Shown: positions 55,840 through 64,000 of the stretch, piece by piece | Layout: each line of letters starts with the position of its first letter | Numbering within the stretch: the first letter of the stretch is position 1 | Source of the DNA: Octopus vulgaris | Taxonomy: Eukaryota | NCBI GenBank assembly: GCA_951406725.2 | Contig: OX597831.1 | Coordinates: 82,150,001-82,214,000, forward strand | DNA: 64,000 bases | Reading direction: 5' to 3' | Notes under the pieces: model-generated | What the model was told of the DNA's origin: nothing | What the model saw: the letters and a program-made list of their open reading frames with translations, nothing else | Databases searched by the model: none | Program-made: the position numbers and the translations under genes

Positions 55840-56060
55840 AGGGGAGGAAGAAAAAGAAGCAATTGATATATAGAAAGGTGTATATACAGAAGTCATACGA
55901 GACTTGTTTAAAAGCAATTAACTTTATCATTTTATTTAATTTTAAACATCGTAACATATTATTGTCAATAACACTTCTGTTGTTTCCTCATAACGGTCGA
56001 GAGAGGGAGAGTTATAATTTCCGTTATACTAGCTTATATGTGTACATGCATAATATAATG

Positions 56061-56135
<75 letters not shown>

Positions 56136-56380
56136 GAGTGAGTATATGCGAGTGAGTGCATGTATTTGTGTGTCTATGAGTATGCAAATGTGCGTGAATC
56201 TGGCCCTTGTACTTTTCCAAATTCTAACAAAATTCAAAATTCTTTGATTTCTCGTCAGTCAGCCACTCTTTAGTCCTTAGTCTGCGAAAGAATAAAATGT
56301 CACTACCACCTCACTGTCTTTTCCTCTCCCACTCCATGTTTCTAAGACAGACTATAGTAATAATAATAATAATAATAATG

Positions 56381-56442
<62 letters not shown>

Positions 56443-57581
56443 CATAACAATTTGTTTTATTGGTGACAAGTTGGATGGATGAGGGACAGTTCATGAAGAT
56501 GTTACAAAAAGTGTGTGGCGGTAGGAAGGTTCTTTACATTGAGTGAATAAGAAAAGTGAAAATGAAAGTAGAGACAATATAAACATTGTCAGCAGAGGAG
56601 ATCCAAAGGGAGCCGAAGAAATGCCACGTTTTCTCCTTGCTACCAATAATAAGTCTATTGTCAAGAATATAATTCTCAGGCCTATTCGAGCCATGCTCCC
56701 TCACTCCTTCTCCTACCATTTGATGAATTTACCAGAGGATAGCACTTCTCCTGGTTCACTTTCTCCACAAGGGTTTGGCCAAAGAGGAAAATGTCTGCCT
56801 TTAGACCTTCCATTGATGCCCACCACCCTTGAACAGAAGAAAATTGCCTTCATTTCCCACTCAAAGGCAACAATATTTGTGGTGATTTCTTTGGATTTGT
56901 CGAAAGACAATTTTTTGCCGAAGGAAGAGTAATTACCATCATTATTATCGGTAAAATACGAGATCAATATCAATGCTTTCCAGTATTATTTCTGCTTCCG
57001 TGTTTCATTTGGAAGGCTCGTGATCCACGAGCAAAACCATTTCAGTTGCTTTCGCCTACTCAGCTCTAAGTGCGTACCCCTACGACGGACTGGCGCCCCG
57101 TCAGGGAAACGTTGTGGTCTCGGGTTCTTATACGCCCGGAACTTAAGACAGTAGAGTCCAGGGCTTGACGAAGATGAGTGTCTCAGAGGACAGATAAAGA
57201 TATGACGGAAAGAGATTCTTTATTGAAGAAAAAGTTACTGAAATATGAATCTGAGGTGAGAGAGAAAAAACTTAGTCTCTGATGAATTTGCTGGCAGGAT
57301 CGCTCTGGTGTTGCTTCTGTGGATATACTCAAAGCTTTTTATGGTAAACAGGGCAAATTTTTTGACATGAAAAGAAGTTTCTCGGCCAGTTCGACCCTTC
57401 AATAGAAGGGCTTTCGTGTCACCTTAAACTGAGCCAACATGGAGATACAACTCACATTAGTTTAGACTTAAATTTACCCACGCAATTTTACGAAAGGCTG
57501 CGCAGTTTGTTTTATTCAGATTATGCCACATTTATAGTTTTTAATCTCACAATATGCTACCTTTGAGTCAACTAAAGAAAT

Positions 57582-57613
<32 letters not shown>

Positions 57614-57661
57614 TTATATTTTGTTGGAGTATAATCTGGATAAAACATTACACACGTAATT

Positions 57662-57715
<54 letters not shown>

Positions 57716-58127
57716 TGTGTGGAGACAAGAGTGAATAGAAACCGTAGTCATGGAGATGTACTAAAGCAGTAAAGATAAATGTAATATAATGGAGTTAGTA
57801 TTGATGACAATGATGATGATATTAAGGACAACGCTGGAGGTAATGATGATGATGATGATGATGATGATAATGGTAGTAGTAGTAGTGGCGGTGATAATGG
57901 CGATGATAGGGTAACAAGAAAAGATATAACCCCACCTCCCCCCAAAAAATGGTAACTAGAGAAGGCGAGGTGGTAAGGAATCCACGACATTTTTTATAGA
58001 TGCGGTAATGGATGGATAAACACGGTGGAAAGGGGATGGGTGTTGAGAGATAGCAACACGCCCCCCACCCCTATAAGTAGTAGCAGCCGCAACAGACAAG
58101 AAGGGCGCCGGGGTGGCAGTGCTCCAT

Positions 58128-58217
58128 CAGTTGCTGATAAAAGAGAAGCCAGCTCCGTGTATCCTGACTGCCATTTATGGTGATGAGAAACTGGGATGCT
58201 GGCTGGACTATAAATAA
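58128..58217. promoter_or_regulatory. Candidate muscle enhancer: E-box + CArG + MEF2
   Basis: CAGTTG 58128-58133, perfect CC(A/T)6GG CCATTTATGG 58171-58180, YTA(A/T)4TAR CTATAAATAA 58208-58217, in non-repetitive GC-richer DNA 3 kb 5' of the ELC-B exon. Confidence 0.5.
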
Positions 58218-58308
58218 GTCGGACGAGCTCAGTTGAGAACAGATTCTTACCTATTTGGCACAAACAACACGTTGCCTAATGATATTTGATATAGCCTGCT
58301 GCTCGAGG

Positions 58309-58357
<49 letters not shown>

Positions 58358-58845
58358 CACACACATATACACACACATCTACCCCACACATTTACACGCA
58401 TGTATTGTACTAATATGTAATTAATTTTGATGCGTGTGTGTGTGTGTGTGAGTGTGTATGCATACACTATACATATATATATATATATATATATATATCG
58501 ATTTAATGAGATCTCTTGCTGTTCCTGTGGACGAAACCGTGTCCTGTAGAACCCCCCACCCCCATTTTTGTTAATCTTTTTAAAACTAAGGCTGCTCGCT
58601 TAAAATACTTTTATTCATCTTTTTGAAAATTATATTTAACCATTCGCACCATGGTAAATCCGGTTTTAGAAGAAAACTTTGTGATGCCCCCCCTCCACTA
58701 CCACCCTCCTTTGATGTTCTAAGGACATGTTTACATTGTTCAAGGGTTAATCCAAGTCTATCTGTTTTCAAAACAAGGTGGACTAAGGCATGTAGAATTA
58801 AGTGTCTGTAGGTGGAGTTAATTAAGTATATAGATAGACTGAGAA

Positions 58846-58917
<72 letters not shown>

Positions 58918-59349
58918 TTATACTAGCAATGAATAAAGCTCTGAAGTTGGAAATATTTGCCTGATAATATATCAGACAGCCATTCCATCTGTTGAATGTT
59001 TCAAGACCAACTTGCACTTAAAACACAAGATGACGTCATGGCCTTCGAGGATAATTCCAGAGAATGTTCAAGGAACAAAGTTACATGTATGAGAGAAAGA
59101 AAGCTGGCCTTTGCTTCCTGATATATCTTCAATTAACAGCAATAGTAATTAGGATATCATTAATTGAAGGTGATATAAACTCTAGTTGTCAGCTTTGATA
59201 GAAATTTAGTAAAAAAGGGGGGGGGGGGGCATTTTATTCAAGACAGTTTTGGAAACAGTTCCGAATTAATTTGTAATGGCGCAGTTTAAACACATACTCT
59301 ATGGCAGGTCTGTACGCCGGAAAAAATGCTTCTCGATAATTCGTCCGTC

Positions 59350-59500
59350 TTTACGTTCTGAGTTTAAATTCTGCGAGGTCGACTTCGCCTTTCATCTGTT
59401 CTGGGTTGATAAAATAAATACCAGTTAAGTACTGGGGTCGATGTAATCGACTCAGCCCTTCCCCATGAAATACCTGGCCTTGTACCAAAATTTGAAACAT
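59350..59500 (+). mobile_element. SINE family A copy
   Basis: ttacgttctgagtttaaattctgcgaggtcgacttcgcctttcatc...gataaaataaataccagttaagtactggggtcgatgtaatcgact. Confidence 0.82.
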
Positions 59501-62058
59501 AACTATATGTATATAAGGATGTTGCACATACAAAGTTATATTGTTGTGCACGTGTGCGTGTGTATGTGTGCGTGGGTGTAGTTGTTACTGTAAGCAATGC
59601 AAACAGCACCGAATGGTGGGATTGAAACCTTCACAACACATTTGTTCAATAGCTGGCTCCAGTATTTCCTTACATACTTTTAATACCATCGACATCCATA
59701 AAAATTAATTAATCACAATTGATCGAAGAAAGTTAATTACTCACAGATTACATTGATTGTTAACATATGTATTAGGTTACAAATGTAGATATAACATCGA
59801 ACTATCGATAATTTTCCTTAGTATACAACTGGTACTTAATTTATCGACCCCCAGGTAGGTGAATGTTGACAAAGTCCCTGCCGGTGGGATTTGAAATTAG
59901 AAGGGAGAAATTTTGCCAAGTCCCCAGATGATAATAAAACTGTTTTGTTGGGCAGCCTCAATGGTTCTTTGAGTCACCTGAGAGGATTAGTCTTCTGCTC
60001 ATGTATAAAGGGCAGAAAAGTCTAGTGGAACCCTTCCACTGAAAGGGTTTTGACAACTTCAAAACGAAACGAAATAATTTGGCCACCAGTTGTACCTACT
60101 TCACTTACCACCAATTCTACACCGTTCATACTAATAAACTGTTTCCATTTTTTATAGAACAAAAACCTATTCTCCTTGGTGGACATTGTTTCAATAATAA
60201 TGTCATCCCGTCAATATTTATGATTAATTTTAGGGATAGTATCACTTGACCAACCTTAGAGATCATTACTGATTCAGTTCAGTGTCTCTCTTCTTCCACC
60301 CAATCTCTAATGTGGACATTAATCAACAGAAACAAGACACATTATAGAACGGGTTTTTACCCCTGATAACAATTTCACCAGATGTCCACCAAATGTTCAC
60401 TAGACGTTCTGGAAAGACATCTTGTGACATTAAATGAATAACAGATAAAACCCTGGTATTCATTATTGATCCCGGTGCAATATTAAAGGCTACAGAAGAC
60501 GAGTATGATTAATTGATTTGATTATAACCGTTAATTCTTGAACTGATCTTAATCCCTGAGATGTAGTACGCAACAACTCGTGTTTTTTGGTTTCAATGGC
60601 TTAACTCATGTGGGGGAGGAGCAACTTCTATGACGATATTTAGGGCCTCCATGTCTGGGTGAGGTAGGAGAAAGTTACCTTCAGACCTCAGCCCCGGTCT
60701 ATATTTCAAACAAGATGGTCAAGTATTTTTAAAACAGCGTCTTTCTCTGTTAATAATTACCATCGCTACTTAGGTGACAAATATAACATAGATTTGTATG
60801 TTTGCCTGTCATTCCACGAATACTAATAACACACTTAGGTGCTAAGTCCACCATGACCCAGTCTCGCCGTTTCATGTACATAGCTAACTCTCTTTAATTA
60901 ACCTCAAACCTTACAACATTTCTACATTCATTCTGTTTGGGCTTTCTCAAACTGAAACATTCAAGGATATAGAATTATATTTTTGAACGCTCGCTCAATG
61001 TAATCGATTTGGGGCGGTACATACGACAGACTTTGATAATAAGACCCTTTGCTACCAAAGCTTCATCAATGCCAGGGCTTTGTCAAGTCACACGTTTTTA
61101 ACTATAGTGAGTATACAGTATATCTGTTCACACACACACACGCACATACACACCTCTATATCCTTTCACTCTTTTAGAAAAACTATTGGAAACAAATCTT
61201 GTTGACTACAAAGCATTTGTACTCCTATTAGAGATATCGATCTTGATTAATCCGGTGAAATTTAAAAGAAGATATCTGATCCGACTCCTTATCCTCTGCA
61301 ACAGACTTGTTGGCAGAACCATTTGTGCGTCGCGAAGAATGCCTCTCATTGTTTGCCTTCTTCTCTCTGCATTCTAAGTTCAAATCCTACAGATGCGAAC
61401 CTGTCCTTTCATCTTTCTGGAGTCAATATAACCAACTCCCCCACCCCGTTTCTGGCCTTCTGCCGAAGAAACAAATCTTTATTGCACATCCCTCCACACA
61501 CAATAGTAACGAAATCCATATCAACTGGAAAGGCTAATTAAAAGACAAGCCGACCTTGCTTCAGTTTACCAAAACTGGGTTTAAGGTGGGTACTCCAGAT
61601 TTTCTGGGTACGTAACACTGCGACCATTTACTGTCTTATATAAAAGAAGGATTGTTTTCTATTCTACTTAGTAACAGAGAAATGGAGTTTAGTCTTCGGT
61701 TCTCTCTACATCCTTTCACTGGTGAAAACTAGAATTAGCAAGTATATCTCCCTCCGAGCATTAACCTCTCCACTTCTACTTATCCATTTCGATTTACCGA
61801 AAATCAGTCTGATTGAACAGACTGATAAAACTCTCAGGGGCAGGACTCCAGCGTGGTCGCAGTTCAATCAAGTCAGTAAAAGCATAATTATATCCAACAA
61901 ATAACTTAACAAACACGAATTTATTTTCTTTTAGTTTTTGCTTAATTTTTCCCATAAAGTTGTTAATAAAATATAATCAGGTAAAAAATATTTCTTAACC
62001 AAACTATTAATTAATTCCCAATTTACAACTTTATAATAATTATATTTTGTGTCTGTGC

Positions 62059-62089
<31 letters not shown>

Positions 62090-64000
62090 ATTTACTCCGT
62101 AATTTTAAACAGAAGTAAAATTTTTATTAATTGTAGGAATACTTTCTTTTAACAAGAAAGAAATCCAGATCCCAGATTTGTAGAGAAAGAAACGAGACGT
62201 ACATCGTTGTGGTGTTTATGCCTTTCCAAAGAAATCTCTGACATCAGTGAAATTAAATTGCAGAAAGCAGTAATTAATTCTGTTTATTAGCTCGAAGAGA
62301 GGGAGCTCGCATCTAATTTTCTGATACTCATTATAGACAATAATGACGATGATGATGATAATGAAAGTGATTTTGGAGCAATAGAGAAAGAAAGAAAGAA
62401 AGAACGAAAGAAAGAAAGAAATGTTTGGTCGGGGTGTACAGAATTTCGAGTGAATAAGCTGCAGTAACTTCAAGCCTAGCTCGAGTATCGAGTTACACTC
62501 AATAGGTTAATAGTAGTAGTGGTGGTAAAAGTAGTAGTAGTAGTAGTTGACTGGTTAGGTATTATGTTCAGGTGAAACTCATCAGCTGCCGATACCAAGA
62601 AGCAAGTAAGCAGCCAGAAGAATCACCATAGAAGTATGTAAATGTTGTGAACGGTAATTCTATCCTCGTCCCTCTTCAAAGCACCACCAAATATGTCTCA
62701 GATAAAGTTACCATTCCCCAAGTCTGTCAGCTGAACAACTTGTAATCCAAAACATCTTAATTGATCAACAAATTCCAACAATTGAATTCCTCCTCGTTTT
62801 GGATTCAATTTTATTTTAATACACACTGTTTAACCATTCTGGCTTCACCGTATTAATTTTTTTTTACCAGTTTGTCAGGGGAAGGATAGGGCTCCACCCC
62901 TAGCCCTTTATGTCGTCAGGGGTGCTGTCACTCGCTGGATGAATGGAAAGACTTATTCTTAAACTAGAGACCTGACCCGAATACTGGCAACAGAGGAGAT
63001 ACTGCCAAAGGTACTCAGGGACCAGTGTTAAACTGGGAGACAGGTTATACCAACCACAGAACGTAATGATCAGGGCACAAATACTACAAGGTATTTTGTC
63101 GCACGATCTAACAACTCTTTCACTTCGAACCAACCACCATCAATTTAAACTACTAGGACACGTCCGAGGAAAAGATGGAGTTGATTTAATATATGAGTGG
63201 TGTTAAAACAATGTTTGTGGTTTTTAAGGAGTTTTAGGGGACACTAAAATGGACGCCGGTGTAATTTAACCATCACAACTAAATGCTGGTGTCAAATTTT
63301 GGCATAATGCCACTTCCACCTAAATATAGTAATGTATTTAATTCGGACTTTGATAGTCAGAATTGTATCCTCCATCGCACTTTCTTACATAGGTACAAGA
63401 TCTTGAGATTGAGAGAGAGAGAAGGGGGGGAGAGAGAAAGAGAGACAGACATACAGACAGACACACAGAAATTATGATAAGTTTGCAGTTTTAAAGGTTA
63501 TCCGCTAATAAAATGAATATAAATGGTTTAATCCAAGAATCGTTAAACCTCGTTTGACTACGAACGCTCTCTCATCAGTATCGGCGGTTATCTATCTTCA
63601 GCTAAAACCATTTATAGCACCAACTTTCGAATAGCTTGTTTTGTTGCAATCTTATAAAGACAAGTAATTAATAGGTAATTAATTAACAGTGATCACTAGG
63701 GGCGCTAGCTATGGACGATTGAGTCGATACAGTGTCACTTTATGAAGCGAAAGATTGGTAACTCGTATCTTATCGCCATTATTGTGTCGTCTTTGATATA
63801 TAACGCTCGATGAGTCAGTCTACCTAGCTGTAAGCAGGTACCACAATTTGTACAGCTTGAGGCTGTAAGAAGCATCGATAGCATTGTGTAAGGCTTTTTT
63901 TTTTCACCTACAAGTACAAAGTGTTGGGTACATAGCTTGGTAGGTCTCCTTTGCGATTCGTTGGTTTCAGTTCCTTAAATCTTCTGGAATTATTTTGTCC

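Noticed and set aside
60103-60129. Minus-strand ATG...|GTAAGT as the first exon of ELC-B
   Set aside because: Encodes MNGVELV in phase 0; incompatible with the phase-1 acceptor and unlike SQLTKDEIE

Overview
Eukaryotic, AT-rich, microsatellite- and transposon-dense DNA, most likely an octopod cephalopod (inferred from the mollusc-type myosin light chains and the SINE repertoire). Almost all ORFs in the track are microsatellite noise. The well-supported genes are two convergent (tail-to-tail) myosin essential light chain (ELC) paralogs with identical exon sizes (147/168/87 nt plus a short last exon, all phase-1 introns). One is a divergent copy on + (4519-19388). The other is a squid mantle LC-1-like copy on - (52461-55162). 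Neither N-terminal exon was found. The rest of the window holds three tRNA-derived SINE families, RTE and CR1-like LINE remnants, a decayed Penelope-like element (PLE), a cluster of R4/Dong-like elements sitting in (TAA)n arrays and a decayed mariner. Reading by eye also revealed seven minimal type-I hammerhead ribozyme motifs of PLE type, several tied to near-perfect DNA palindromes. The most striking has a swapped G3:C8 core, lies on the sense strand of an ELC intron and is preceded by an antisense arm that could lock it. A speculative small spliced ORF and a CArG/MEF2/E-box cluster are also flagged.
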